The notes beneath the pieces are model-generated. The model worked only from the letters and a program-made list of their open reading frames with translations, did not search any database and was not told where the DNA came from. 60,093 nt of DNA, taken from Acidobacteriota bacterium. GTDB taxonomy: Bacteria > Acidobacteriota > Thermoanaerobaculia > Gp7-AA8. This document shows, piece after piece, positions 49,186 to 59,925 of the stretch (its first letter is position 1; every line of letters begins with the position of its first letter). The DNA is taken from the NCBI GenBank assembly GCA_039931435.1, contig JBDTRY010000003.1:1-60093 (forward strand), written 5' to 3'. A program made the position numbers and the translations under genes.

Positions 49186-52152
49186 ATGAGGCGGTTAGTG
49201 CGCATAATCCCTATTCTCATTCTGCTGATTCCTATGAGTCTGTTCGGTCAGGCCGGTACCTCCGGCGCGTTGACCGGCAACGTCACTACGGAGGGGCGAG
49301 CGCTGCCCGGTGTGACGGTAACCATCACCTCTCCGGCGCTTCAGGGAACCCGTACTACGGTCACCGGCGAGACCGGAGCCTACAACTTCCAGGCGCTTCC
49401 ACCGGGGCGATACACCGTGGCCTTCGACCTCGAGGGAATGCAGCAGGTCACCCGCGAATTGCAGGTATCGCTGGCGCAGACCAGCCGCGCGGATGCGGAA
49501 TTGCGCCTGGCTGCGGTCGCCGAGAACTTGACGGTCGTGGCCACGGCTCCCGCGGTCCTGGAGACCTCGCAGATCGCGGCCAACTTCACAGCCGCCGAGA
49601 TTGAGGAGCTTCCCGTGGATCGCACCATCCGCGGTACGGTGCTCCTGGCACCGGGAGTGAACGACTCCGGCCCCAACGCCGTCAGCGGAGACAAGAACGG
49701 TTCCGGACAGATCACCATCTCCGGCGCGCAGTCCTTCGACAATCTCTTTCTAGTGAACGGGGTGGTGGTCAACGAAAACCTTCGAGGCCAACCGCGCAAC
49801 CTCTTCATCGAAGATGCCATTCAGGAGACCACGGTGCTCACCGGGGGTGTATCCGCGGAGTACGGCCGGTTCCTGGGCGGCGTGGTCAGTACCATTACCA
49901 AGTCGGGCGGAAACCAGTTCTCAGGATCGATCCGGGACAACCTCACCAACGATTCCTGGACGAAGAAAAGCGATTTCGCCGCTCAGAAGGACCCGATCAG
50001 CGACATCAATCATCAGTACGAAGCGACCATCGGTGGACGAATCATCCGTGACCGGCTGTGGTTTTTCGGCGCCGGGCGCTACGAGAATCGTAATGGTTCC
50101 GACCAGACCTTCCAGACCGCCATTCCCTACTCCACTTCGAGCAAGGACAAGAGATGGGAGGGCAAGCTCACCGGACAGCTTTCGTCCAAACACAGCCTCG
50201 TTGCCTCCTACCTGAAAGATCAGCTGGACAGGACCGGCGTTGCCAGCGGCCGCATCCTGGATCTTCGCAGTCTGGCTACGCGAACCGAGCCGAACTCGCT
50301 TCTGGCTCTGCATTACAGCGGCATATTCACGAGCAACTTCCTCCTGGAGGGACAGTTCAGCAAGATGGATTACGCTTTCGCCCAGGGAGGCGAGCAGCGC
50401 GATCTGATCAACGGCACGATCCTTCTGCAGTCCGGACCGACCCGCCGGGCCTGGTCGCCCACGTTCTGCGGAGTGGTCTGCGGGCTGAAAGAGAGAAACA
50501 ACAAAGAGTACCTGGTGAAGAGCTCGTACTTTCTTTCCACCCCCACGATGGGCACACACAATCTGGTCGGTGGTTACGATGATTTCCATCAGCTCCGCGC
50601 AGAGAACAATTTCCAGTCCGGGAGCGACTATCGAATTCACGGGCATTTTTTCTTCGACGCCAATGGTCAGGTCGCGGGATTCGGAGTCGACCCCACGGAG
50701 GCTCAGATCGAGTGGGATCCCGTTCCTGCGCTCAGCGACACCTCCGACTTCGCCGTCCGGTCGCTCTTCATCAATGACAAATGGGAGCTGAACAATCGCT
50801 GGAGCTTCAACGCCGGTTTGCGGTACGACAAGGACTACGGTACGAACCAGGCGGGCGTGAAGACTGTCGACGACAGCGCTTTCAGCCCTCGTCTGGCTGC
50901 TTCATTCGACCCCATGGCCAATGGCCGGCACCGTTTCAATGTCAGCTACGGGCGCTATGTGTCGAAGGTGGATCAGGGGCCAGCGGACTTCACGGCCACC
51001 TCCGGGCGCTACGCTTCCTATTACTTCAATTACCTTGGGCCCGAGATCAATCCGGTGGGTACCCCACTCAATCAGCTTGTTCCCATTCCCCAGGTGATCC
51101 AGGGAGTCTTCGACTGGTACAACTCCGTGGGTGGCCGGTCCAACCCCGACATTCTCGATTCCGCAAGCGTTCCAGGCGTCACCACGAGATTCGACAAATC
51201 GCTCGTAGCGCCCTACCTCGACGAGATTACCGCCGGATACGGTCTGGCCTTCGGAAAGGGCTACCTGAAGGCTGACTACGTCCATCGAAACTGGGACAAG
51301 TTCTACACGATCCGCCGCACACTCCAGACTGGAACAGTGGTCGATGCGAATGGCGACACTTTCGATCAGGGAGTGATCGAGAACAGTTCCGGAGATCTGA
51401 AGCGGAACTACAACGCACTGCAGCTCCAGGGGACGTACCGCGTAAGCAGCCCCCTCTCCATCAGCGGAAACTACACCTTCGCTAAACTTCGAGGGAACGT
51501 GGAGGGGGAGGATGTTTCCTTCGCCACGACATTTACCGACGAGAACAATTACCCGGAGTACACGAACTTCGCCAACAATCATCCGGTCGGAAATCTCGAT
51601 GGCGACATCAGGCACCGGGCCAACGTCTGGCTGCAGTACGAACTTCCGACTTCGTTCGGGCGGTTTAATTTCTCGGTGCTGGAACGCTATCAATCCGCGT
51701 TGCCGTACTCGGGTTCGGCATTGATTGCCACATCGAAACTCACCAACCCCGGCTATGTGTCACCGCCCTCGACGGCGAATTACTTTTTTACCGAGCGCGG
51801 TGCCTTTCGTGTTGACAACGTCACCAGCACGGACCTCGGGCTGAACTACTACCTGCCGATTACGAAGGTAACGCTCTTCATTCAGGGTGACCTTCTGAAT
51901 CTGTTCGATGAACAGAGTATTTCACGACCGTTTTTCGTGGATCGAACCGTTCTGACCTCGCGCCAGGCTGCGTGTACACAGCTCTCCAATGGTCCCACCC
52001 CCGGCGCACGATGCCTGGCATTCAACCCCTTTATGGATACCCCCGTCGAAGGCATTCACTACCGTTTCGGGCCAAACTTCGGCAAGCCCACTACTGTGGA
52101 CGCCTATCAACTTCCGAGAACCTATCGTGTATCGGTGGGACTTCGCTTCTAA
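49186..52152 (+). CDS. Oar-like TonB-dependent receptor with carboxypeptidase-regulatory-like N-domain
   Basis: Signal peptide, LPGVTVT, SAEYGRFLGGVV..ITKSGGN, C-terminal PRTYRVSVGLRF. Confidence 0.92.
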   Translation: MRRLVRIIPILILLIPMSLFGQAGTSGALTGNVTTEGRALPGVTVTITSPALQGTRTTVTGETGAYNFQALPPGRYTVAFDLEGMQQVTRELQVSLAQTSRADAELRLAAVAENLTVVATAPAVLETSQIAANFTAAEIEELPVDRTIRGTVLLAPGVNDSGPNAVSGDKNGSGQITISGAQSFDNLFLVNGVVVNENLRGQPRNLFIEDAIQETTVLTGGVSAEYGRFLGGVVSTITKSGGNQFSGSIRDNLTNDSWTKKSDFAAQKDPISDINHQYEATIGGRIIRDRLWFFGAGRYENRNGSDQTFQTAIPYSTSSKDKRWEGKLTGQLSSKHSLVASYLKDQLDRTGVASGRILDLRSLATRTEPNSLLALHYSGIFTSNFLLEGQFSKMDYAFAQGGEQRDLINGTILLQSGPTRRAWSPTFCGVVCGLKERNNKEYLVKSSYFLSTPTMGTHNLVGGYDDFHQLRAENNFQSGSDYRIHGHFFFDANGQVAGFGVDPTEAQIEWDPVPALSDTSDFAVRSLFINDKWELNNRWSFNAGLRYDKDYGTNQAGVKTVDDSAFSPRLAASFDPMANGRHRFNVSYGRYVSKVDQGPADFTATSGRYASYYFNYLGPEINPVGTPLNQLVPIPQVIQGVFDWYNSVGGRSNPDILDSASVPGVTTRFDKSLVAPYLDEITAGYGLAFGKGYLKADYVHRNWDKFYTIRRTLQTGTVVDANGDTFDQGVIENSSGDLKRNYNALQLQGTYRVSSPLSISGNYTFAKLRGNVEGEDVSFATTFTDENNYPEYTNFANNHPVGNLDGDIRHRANVWLQYELPTSFGRFNFSVLERYQSALPYSGSALIATSKLTNPGYVSPPSTANYFFTERGAFRVDNVTSTDLGLNYYLPITKVTLFIQGDLLNLFDEQSISRPFFVDRTVLTSRQAACTQLSNGPTPGARCLAFNPFMDTPVEGIHYRFGPNFGKPTTVDAYQLPRTYRVSVGLRF

Positions 52153-52177
52153 TTCGTCATTGACAGGTGTGTCATGC

Positions 52178-52204
52178 AAGCCCCGGCAGAAGCCGGGGCT
52201 TTTT
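52178..52204 (+). terminator. Rho-independent terminator
   Basis: AAGCCCCGGC-AGAA-GCCGGGGCTTTTT. Confidence 0.85.
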
Positions 52205-52263
52205 CGTGTGCAGGCACGGCCCCGTTCGATGCCCGGCGGCGCCCGAGAGAGTTTGGCGCTCGT

Positions 52264-54459
52264 CTACCGGGATATTGCGGCAGGGAGTTTCTTCCGCCAC
52301 GTACGTTCCAGATCCGGCAGCTCGAGGTTGTGGAGCGTATTCAGAGCGACGGACCAGGTGTGGGGCTGCGGATTCTCTTCTACCATTCGCTGAAGGAGCC
52401 GGTCGATGTCGCCCGTTCTGTCCTGAACGCGATAGATCACCGCCAGGTTTGCCCAGGCCTGAAGGTTGTTCGGGAAAGCATGAATCTCGCGGTTATAAGC
52501 AGCTTCCGCTTCCTTCTCCCGGTTCATGCGCGCAAGCAGATCACCGCGAAGAGCGTCGAGGCCGAAAACGTGTTCGAGCTTCAGTGCTTTGGCCTGATCG
52601 TCGGCTGCACTGAGCGCGGCCATGGCGCCGCGCAGATCCCCACGCGCGCGCAGGATCTCAGCTCTGATCAGCGTCAGCGTCGGCTGTGGATTTCGTGTCT
52701 GAAGGGCCAGGGAGGCCTCGCGGTCAGCCTCATCGAGCCTGCCTTCGGCCAGGGCCGATCGGGCCATCAGCTCGTGTGCCCGCATGGGATTACCGCCCAT
52801 GGCCAGCGCGGCGCTGGTTCGCGCCTCCCCGGTCTTCCCGGCGAGGAGTTGGGCCTGCGCAAGGCCGAGAGCCATATCCGGAGAAAAGCGCTTGGCGCCC
52901 GCGATCGCCTGACGATACGAATCGATCGCTTCCTCATACCGTCCGGCAGCGATCAGACACTCACCCAGCCGTTCGCGGGCGTCGAGCAGGCCAGGGTTTT
53001 TCTGCAGCGCTGCTTGAAGGGCTGGTATTGCCTCGTCGAACCGGCCCTGGTCGGCTAGCAGAAATGCGGGCTTCACGCTTTCCAGAGAGTGAATCTCGTC
53101 GACGGGATTGCGAAGCGAAGCATCCTGCTGCTGCGAGGACACGCGGCCCAGATACCCGAGCGAGGCCAGTACCGAGGCTTCCTTCGGATCAATGACCGCG
53201 GGAGCTGGGGCGCCCGCGGGGATCGCTGCCAGAAGGTCTCGCAGCGTGGCGGCGGCGCGACGTTCGGACGAGATAACATTCGTCTTCTCGCCCGGATCAC
53301 TGCGCAGACGGTAGAGCTCGGGGCGCGGGCTCTCGATGTAATGATGTTCGCCATCGATCTCGGAACGCAGGGCGCTCCATCCAAGGTGAATTCTGGGGTA
53401 CCAGGTCTCGCTGTAGATCGTTTCCTGCGTCCCGTCATCGTTGACGAGAAGCGATTTTCCCCTCAGCTTTCCTGGTGGACCGCCCCCGGCGACGACGTCG
53501 GTGATGGTAGGAAACAAATCGATGAGTTGAACCGCGCGGTCCTCGGCCGTTCCTCTCCGCGAGTTTCCGGGCAGTTTGACCAGCAGCGGAACCTGAATCG
53601 ATTCCCTGTAGAGAAGAATGCCATGCTGATCCTCTCCGTGGTCCATCAGGCCTTCGCCGTGATCAGACGTGAGAATGATCAGGGCCCGGTCGTAGATCCC
53701 GCTGTCTCGCAGGTACTGGAGGAACCCGCCAGTAATTTCATCGGCGGAAGCGATCTCGCCGTCGTATTTCGAGGCGAAGGCGGAACGGAAGGGCTCCGGA
53801 GGATCGTACGGAGCGTGCGGCTCATAAAGATGAAGGAAAACGAAAAATTTCTGTTCTCGATGGGCAGCGATCCATTGCATGGCAGCGCTGGCCGCCAGAT
53901 GTCCGTCTCGCTGATGCCCGCTGTCGAATCCACCGTTTCCAACCGGAATGGCGTCGTCGTAATGATCGAACATGTCCGCCATTCCGGTTTCTCCGCGCAG
54001 TACCGATGAAGAGACGGAGGCGGCGGAGAGGTACCCGCGCTCTCTGAGCCAACCCGGGATATTGGCGTGATGGGCCGCGTCGAACCGGTAGCCGAGGTTG
54101 TTTCGAACGCCGTGCTCCGGAGGGAGCAGCCCGGTGAGCATCGAGAGGTGCGACGGAAGTGTCATCGGGCAATTGCTGTAGGCGTAGGAAAACAGGATGG
54201 CATCGCCGCGGAATCGGTCGATTGCAGGCGTTTTGACCTTGCCGTAGCCATAAGCGGGCAAGTGATCGGAGCGAAGTGTGTCGATGGAGATGAGGATGAT
54301 GGGTGGGGCGGATTGGCGCGCGTAGGGAACGGATCGTGCCTGTTCGGGGGAGCAGGCGAGGCTTGCCAGCGCGCCGGCAAGAACGAACAGCGAACGCGCG
54401 GTGGATGCGTGCCAGCGATCAAAGACGTCGCGTGCCGGCGGGAGACCTGAATCGTTCAT
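52264..54459 (-). CDS. Sulfatase-like hydrolase with C-terminal TPRs (start uncertain)
   Basis: ISIDTLRSD, MTLPSH, HLYEPHAPY, SDHGE, helical TPR tail. Confidence 0.88.
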   Translation of the reverse strand: MNDSGLPPARDVFDRWHASTARSLFVLAGALASLACSPEQARSVPYARQSAPPIILISIDTLRSDHLPAYGYGKVKTPAIDRFRGDAILFSYAYSNCPMTLPSHLSMLTGLLPPEHGVRNNLGYRFDAAHHANIPGWLRERGYLSAASVSSSVLRGETGMADMFDHYDDAIPVGNGGFDSGHQRDGHLAASAAMQWIAAHREQKFFVFLHLYEPHAPYDPPEPFRSAFASKYDGEIASADEITGGFLQYLRDSGIYDRALIILTSDHGEGLMDHGEDQHGILLYRESIQVPLLVKLPGNSRRGTAEDRAVQLIDLFPTITDVVAGGGPPGKLRGKSLLVNDDGTQETIYSETWYPRIHLGWSALRSEIDGEHHYIESPRPELYRLRSDPGEKTNVISSERRAAATLRDLLAAIPAGAPAPAVIDPKEASVLASLGYLGRVSSQQQDASLRNPVDEIHSLESVKPAFLLADQGRFDEAIPALQAALQKNPGLLDARERLGECLIAAGRYEEAIDSYRQAIAGAKRFSPDMALGLAQAQLLAGKTGEARTSAALAMGGNPMRAHELMARSALAEGRLDEADREASLALQTRNPQPTLTLIRAEILRARGDLRGAMAALSAADDQAKALKLEHVFGLDALRGDLLARMNREKEAEAAYNREIHAFPNNLQAWANLAVIYRVQDRTGDIDRLLQRMVEENPQPHTWSVALNTLHNLELPDLERTWRKKLPAAISR

Positions 54460-54822
54460 GAAGAAAATCTGAGCGAACCAGCGTCGTGGATTCTCCTTCA
54501 AATGGCCCTGCAGATTCTGCCCCGATCTCGGCGGTGCCATCAAATTGTAGAGGATAAAGGCAGGCGCAGCGGGAGTACGCGGGAATCGTCGCAAGCCTGT
54601 AGCGCTCAGTTTCGACCTACCAGAACCTCGAGCCCGGACGGAGCATGACGCTTACGTCGCACTGAAGCCCGGTTCTTACCTGCTTTACTGTTCGACCCTT
54701 GATCATTCCAGCCGTGTTGAATCGGCCGATGTGACTTTGGCGCCGTGAATCGATCAGGAGCGGGTCGTCCGTGGCCCGGACCATTGCGTGGTGACGCTGA
54801 CGGAACCCGGTTCGTCACTCAG

Positions 54823-55809
54823 TCAGTGAACGATTCCGGCGCGGATCAGAAGAAGAGTGGTCACGCCCACCACCGCCCAGAGAGCGAGGGCCATCATCAG
54901 TGGGCGTGGCCCGACCTTCCGCAGTGCCTGCCGGGAGATGTTGCTTCCGATCAGAAAGAGCGTAACGGTCAGTCCGATTCTCGCGGCACCGTAGAGGAAC
55001 GAGTAGATGCCTCTGCCGGCGGGAAGCCAGCTGTTGACGCAGGCAGCGATCACGAAGAAAAGAATGAACCAGGGCAGGCGGATTTTCGCTTTGCTGCGGC
55101 GCACGGCGGCGGTGATCAGAGCCAGGGGAACGATCCAGAGCGCTCGGGCCAGCTTTACCGTCGTTCCGACAGCGAGTGCCACGGCCCCGAACTTCGCAGC
55201 TGCGCCGACCACCGAGCTGGTGTCGTGAATGGCCAGCGCGGCCCATAATCCGAATTGCTGCTGGGTCATCCCCAGCGCCACACCGATCGGAGGAAAGGTC
55301 AGTAGAGCCACCGAGTTCAACAGAAAAACCGTGGCCAGTGAGACGCTGATCTGTTCGTCGCTTGCCTCGGTGATGGGCGCGACCGCGGCGATGGCGCTTC
55401 CACCGCAGATGGCCGTCCCCACGCTGATTAGAAAGGCGCTGACGGGATCGATCGACAAGATTCGTCCCAGCAGCGTTCCCAGAAGCAGGGCGAAGGAGAT
55501 TCCCACGGCCGTATAGAGGAAGCCACTGCTTCCGGCCTTGATCACTTCGTAGAGGTTCATTCCGAAGCCCAGGCCGACGACGGAAGCCTGCAGAAGAAGT
55601 CGGGAGAATCTCTGGCTTTCCGAAAGCCAGGGGTGCGGAAAGGTAAGTCCGAAACCGATTCCCAGGAGTAGAGCAAGGGGCGGAGAACCCCAGGGAGACG
55701 CCGAGAAAAGGAGCAGGACGAGAAAAGCGAGTCTGCCTGCCCGGCCGCCACCCTTGCCGGATGAAGGCGCGGACGGTGCCGGAAGTGTCTGTTCGCCGGG
55801 CTCGGTCAA
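54823..55809 (-). CDS. YeiH-family putative sulfate exporter
   Basis: GTAICGGSAIAA, AIHDTSSVVGAA, TTVKLARALW. Confidence 0.9.
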   Translation of the reverse strand: MTEPGEQTLPAPSAPSSGKGGGRAGRLAFLVLLLFSASPWGSPPLALLLGIGFGLTFPHPWLSESQRFSRLLLQASVVGLGFGMNLYEVIKAGSSGFLYTAVGISFALLLGTLLGRILSIDPVSAFLISVGTAICGGSAIAAVAPITEASDEQISVSLATVFLLNSVALLTFPPIGVALGMTQQQFGLWAALAIHDTSSVVGAAAKFGAVALAVGTTVKLARALWIVPLALITAAVRRSKAKIRLPWFILFFVIAACVNSWLPAGRGIYSFLYGAARIGLTVTLFLIGSNISRQALRKVGPRPLMMALALWAVVGVTTLLLIRAGIVH

Positions 55810-56240
55810 TTTGTGGTCATAGCGGAACTGCGGTGGTGTAGCGGGGACGATTGTCTGCCGGAAGTGGCTGGCTTGTCACGGGGGCAGTTATCGTTGTCGC
55901 GCTTTAGTTCTGTCGAGAGAACCGTAGTTCTCGTTCACCGGTCACGACCGTAGCACGAATGTGACGCCGATCACGCCCCGGTTTCAGGTCCGGCCTTTAG
56001 CTATTGGCGTCCGCTTTGACAACCTGTCGGGCCGATGACCTGGGAATCGACCAGCCAGGCGAAAGGTCAAATAAGTCTGAGATAATAGTCCGCGATACCG
56101 GCATGGCCCCGTCAATCGGGGGCGCACCCAGTCTTGACGTACGGCTGACGGCTGGTCGGTAGCATACCGCTCGCGTGTACTTGAGCGGCATCGGTCGCGC
56201 GAGGTGCAGAGGAAACGGAGCGACGGTTCACCCGGAAGAG

Positions 56241-57956
56241 ATGAGAAGTTCGATGGAGATGTTGTATTCGGCCCCGAGACGAGGCGAGCGCCTGATCGCC
56301 ATGGGCCGGATCATGCTCGCTCTCTTTTCAGTTTTCTCGGCCATCGTCGGACCGTTCGGAAGCTTCGGCCGAACCTCGGCGGTCTATTCGCTGATCTCGG
56401 TATACAGCATTTACGCGCTGGTTCTGCCGTTGATCGAAAGGCGAAGCTCTCCTTCGTGGCAATACAAAATCGTCACGCACAGCATCGATCTGCTGGTCTT
56501 CTCCTCATTCGTTTTTCTGACCACGCGCGAGGGCAGTCCTTTCTTCGCCTTTTTCTTCTTCTCTCTTCTCTGCGCCACGATTCGCTTCGGCGTGCAGGGG
56601 ACGATCTGGACCGGTCTGGCCGTGGTTTCGGTCTTCACTGCCATCGGCTTCGCCGAGTACAGTGTCCATCCGGCGACGGTCGTGTTCGATTCATTCATTC
56701 TGCGCGCCGGTCAACTGGCCGTCGTGGCCGGCCTGTTGACATTTCTCGCCGGATATCTGCAACGATTGCACACGGAGCTGTCCGGCCTGGCGTCGTGGCC
56801 GCGCACTGTCTCGCGGAACCCGAACCAGCTCATTCTGGATACGCTGCAGCGCAGTGCAGAGTTCCTGAACGTCCCGAGAGTGGTGATGGTCTGGACAGAG
56901 TACGACGAGCCTTGGCTTCAGGTGGCTTCCTACTCACCGGACGGATTCAAGAGTGTTATTCATCGGCCGGACGACTACGAGCCGCTGGTAGCCGAAGGGC
57001 TGGAGGAAATCACATTTTTCTCTTCCGACATCTGCGTGCCCACTCCGATGGTTGTTGCCGTGACGGCATTCGGAAAGGGAGAAGTAATCCGCCGCTCGCC
57101 ATTGAACACGAAATTCCGCGACGACTTTTCCATCTGCAGCGTGCTTTCCACCAGTCTTGTCGGCCAGACCGGTGAGGGCAGGATCTGCTATCTCGACCGC
57201 AAAGAGATGGGAGGAGACGAGCTTCGAATGGGTGAGATTCTTTCGCGCCTGATCGTTTCCAGGATGGACCAGCTCACACTCTCCAGACAGGCTGAGCGCA
57301 CCGCCATCGCCGAAGAGCGCGTCCGTCTGGCCCGCGACCTTCACGACGGATTGCTCCAGTCGTTGACTGCCACGGCGCTGCAGATCGAGGCAGCGCGCCG
57401 GATGCTGAACGATCAGCCGCGAGAAGTTGACGAGCGGCTCTCGCAGATCCATGACGACATCACCCAGGAGCACGAGGATCTGCGTTCGTTCATCCGCGAG
57501 CTCCGGCCCACGGGTGTGGAGTCTGAGGTCGACTTCCGGCTCACGTCGCGGTTGAACGATCTCGCCGACGGAATCGGCCGGCAATGGGGTGTGCAGGTCA
57601 GTCTCGACCTGAACGGAACCGACAGAAGGCTCCCCAACAGTTCCAAGAAGGAAATCTACCGTTTGATCCGGGAGGCCGTGATCAATGCTGCCAAACATGC
57701 CGCGGCGCGTAAAATAACGGTGGTGTCGTCGGTCAGCGACGGCAACGTGGAGATCGTTGTGGCCGATGATGGCAAAGGATTTCCCTTCTTTGGGAGTTAT
57801 GATCTTCAGACTTTGAATCGTTTACGCAAGGGACCAAGAACTCTCAAGGAAAGGATTGCGTCGGTTTCCGGAGATCTGCGGCTGATCTCTTCACCTTCCG
57901 GCGCCCGTCTGGAAATGAAGCTTCCTCTGATGCAGCACGAAGGATGGACGTCATGA
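56241..57956 (+). CDS. Membrane sensor histidine kinase (HisKA_3 type)
   Basis: Multi-TM N-terminus, ERVRLARDLHDG, EAVINAAKHA, DDGKGF. Confidence 0.9.
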   Translation: MRSSMEMLYSAPRRGERLIAMGRIMLALFSVFSAIVGPFGSFGRTSAVYSLISVYSIYALVLPLIERRSSPSWQYKIVTHSIDLLVFSSFVFLTTREGSPFFAFFFFSLLCATIRFGVQGTIWTGLAVVSVFTAIGFAEYSVHPATVVFDSFILRAGQLAVVAGLLTFLAGYLQRLHTELSGLASWPRTVSRNPNQLILDTLQRSAEFLNVPRVVMVWTEYDEPWLQVASYSPDGFKSVIHRPDDYEPLVAEGLEEITFFSSDICVPTPMVVAVTAFGKGEVIRRSPLNTKFRDDFSICSVLSTSLVGQTGEGRICYLDRKEMGGDELRMGEILSRLIVSRMDQLTLSRQAERTAIAEERVRLARDLHDGLLQSLTATALQIEAARRMLNDQPREVDERLSQIHDDITQEHEDLRSFIRELRPTGVESEVDFRLTSRLNDLADGIGRQWGVQVSLDLNGTDRRLPNSSKKEIYRLIREAVINAAKHAAARKITVVSSVSDGNVEIVVADDGKGFPFFGSYDLQTLNRLRKGPRTLKERIASVSGDLRLISSPSGARLEMKLPLMQHEGWTS

Positions 57957-58585
57957 TCAAGCTCGTGCTGGCAGATGATCATCCCATCGTCCTGGACGGC
58001 CTTGCCCAGATTCTGAAGCTGGAATCTGATTTCGCCATCCTGGCCACTTGCACCAACGGAGAAGACGCCCTTACTTCCGTGCGCACCCTCCGCCCTGATG
58101 TCCTCGTTCTCGATCTGCGCATGCCCGGCACGGACGGATTGTCGGTTCTGCGCACCATCAAGAAGGATCAGATCGGAACGACCGTCGTCCTGCTCACCGC
58201 AGCTCTGGACGAGAAAGAGGTGCTGGAAGCAATTCGCATGGGGGCCCGGGGAGTGATCCTGAAGTCGATGGCCTCACGTCTGCTTGTGCAGTGCATCCGG
58301 AAAGTGCATGCCGGTGGGCAGTGGCTGGAAAAGGAATCAGTCGCTTCCGCTCTCCAGCACATTCTCCACAACCAGACCAGTACCACGCCGGCAGCAGCGC
58401 TCAGTCCCCGCGAGCTGGACGTGGTGAAGATGGCCGCTCAGGGTCTGCGAAACAAGCAGATTGCCGAGAAATTGTTCATCAGCGAAGCTACCGTGAAGAT
58501 CCATCTTCACAACATCTACGAAAAGCTGAACATCGGGAATCGGGTGGAGTTGAGCCTCTACGCACGCGAGAAGGGACTGGTCTGA
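57944..58585 (+). CDS. NarL/LuxR-family response regulator
   Basis: ADDH, LDLRMP, LSPRE, NKQIA, TVKIHL. Confidence 0.95.
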   Translation: MDVMIKLVLADDHPIVLDGLAQILKLESDFAILATCTNGEDALTSVRTLRPDVLVLDLRMPGTDGLSVLRTIKKDQIGTTVVLLTAALDEKEVLEAIRMGARGVILKSMASRLLVQCIRKVHAGGQWLEKESVASALQHILHNQTSTTPAAALSPRELDVVKMAAQGLRNKQIAEKLFISEATVKIHLHNIYEKLNIGNRVELSLYAREKGLV

Positions 58586-58669
58586 GCTGAAAATAGACCG
58601 AAAGGTTTAAGACAATTACATCCGCTGTACTGCCTTTCTCCCTCGAACACTGGACATAATCGCAGTCCG

Positions 58670-59074
58670 ATGATGTCAAGACCTGCCTCGGAGCGGCGTC
58701 AGTCGCTCCGCTACGAAGTCATTCTGCCCATTACACTGGCTTCAGGCGAGGGCACGACGCACAATCTCAATCTCAGTGGGGTCTACTTTGAGACGGACGC
58801 TGCTCTGCAGCCCGGCCGCCCGGTGGATTTCTCAATCTGTGTCAGTGACGGGGCCAGCATCGGCGCGCACCTGTACTGCTACGGGTGCGTTTTGCGCGTC
58901 GAGGAGCAGGGCGAGGTTCGACGCATCGCTGCCTCGATCGACTCGTTCTGGTTCGAACGAATCGCTCAGCTTTCGGACTGCGAGCGCTGCCGTGAAGGCG
59001 CGAACGCCGCGGAGGGAGCGATCGACTCCCCAATCGAGCAGGAGATTCGAACTTGGGCCTCCGATTCTGAATGA
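58670..59074 (+). CDS. PilZ domain protein
   Basis: ERRQSLR then NLNLSG. Confidence 0.7.
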   Translation: MMSRPASERRQSLRYEVILPITLASGEGTTHNLNLSGVYFETDAALQPGRPVDFSICVSDGASIGAHLYCYGCVLRVEEQGEVRRIAASIDSFWFERIAQLSDCERCREGANAAEGAIDSPIEQEIRTWASDSE

Positions 59075-59601
59075 GGAGACCTCAGAAGAGATACTATTTC
59101 GCGCATCCCGAAGCGCCTGATCCCGACACAGAATCCTTCATCGCCGGACGGTCCGCGACACCGTCTGACGCGCCTCGACAACGCCGGTGGCCTGGCGCCA
59201 TCGGAGACCGGAGTGGCCGTTTGCAGCAGGCAGAAAGACGACGGAGTCAACGGGTGCAGTTCGAGCACCCCCTGGAGGGGATCTTCTCGCGGATGGCTGT
59301 GAAGATCATCTCCATCAGTCCGTACGGCGCTCTGATCGAACACGACCGCCGGCTGTGGTACGCCAGCCGGATGCCGCTGGAATTTTCCGTGGAAGGGCGA
59401 CAGGTCAAGCTCGATTGTGAAGTGGTCAGCTCCTGGATCGAGCGCTATCGTGATCCGATCACCACTTACCGATCCGGCATCCGTTTCGTGAACGTTACCC
59501 AGCATCTGGGCCGCATCCTTCAGCAAGTCACCGGCGCTCTGGCCGGTGACGAGGGAGCACCACCGAACGGGTGGGCGGCCCGCAGAAACAGCGACAGCTG
59601 A
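59071..59601 (+). CDS. PilZ domain protein
   Basis: ERRRSQR, SISPYGA, GIRF. Confidence 0.65.
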   Translation: MRRPQKRYYFAHPEAPDPDTESFIAGRSATPSDAPRQRRWPGAIGDRSGRLQQAERRRSQRVQFEHPLEGIFSRMAVKIISISPYGALIEHDRRLWYASRMPLEFSVEGRQVKLDCEVVSSWIERYRDPITTYRSGIRFVNVTQHLGRILQQVTGALAGDEGAPPNGWAARRNSDS

Positions 59602-59822
59602 TCGCCTGACTCCTTTCCCGCGACTCGGCTATGTGTCCTCAGTACGGACTTGTGAGCTGTCCGCATCGAGTCAGTGCCGCGGGGACCATGTCCTCGCACA
59701 CCAACGAAACGAGTTATCCCGAAGCCAAAGGCGAGGGATCTACGGTGAGCCTGGCGGTGTCGTTGAACCAGCCGAATCCCTCCTCGCTGCGCTCGTTTGT
59801 AAGAAACTCACATGGGGGTGCT

Positions 59823-59925
59823 TGTCATCCTGAGGGAGCGCAGCGACCGAAGGATCTCTTCAACGAGGAATTAGCTGGCAACCGGGAAGCTGGAAGAGAT
59901 CCTTCGCTCGACGCTCAGGATGACA
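59823..59925. repeat. Palindromic REP/MITE-like intergenic element
   Basis: TGTCATCCTGAG...CGAAGGATCT...AGATCCTTCG...CTCAGGATGACA. Confidence 0.7.
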
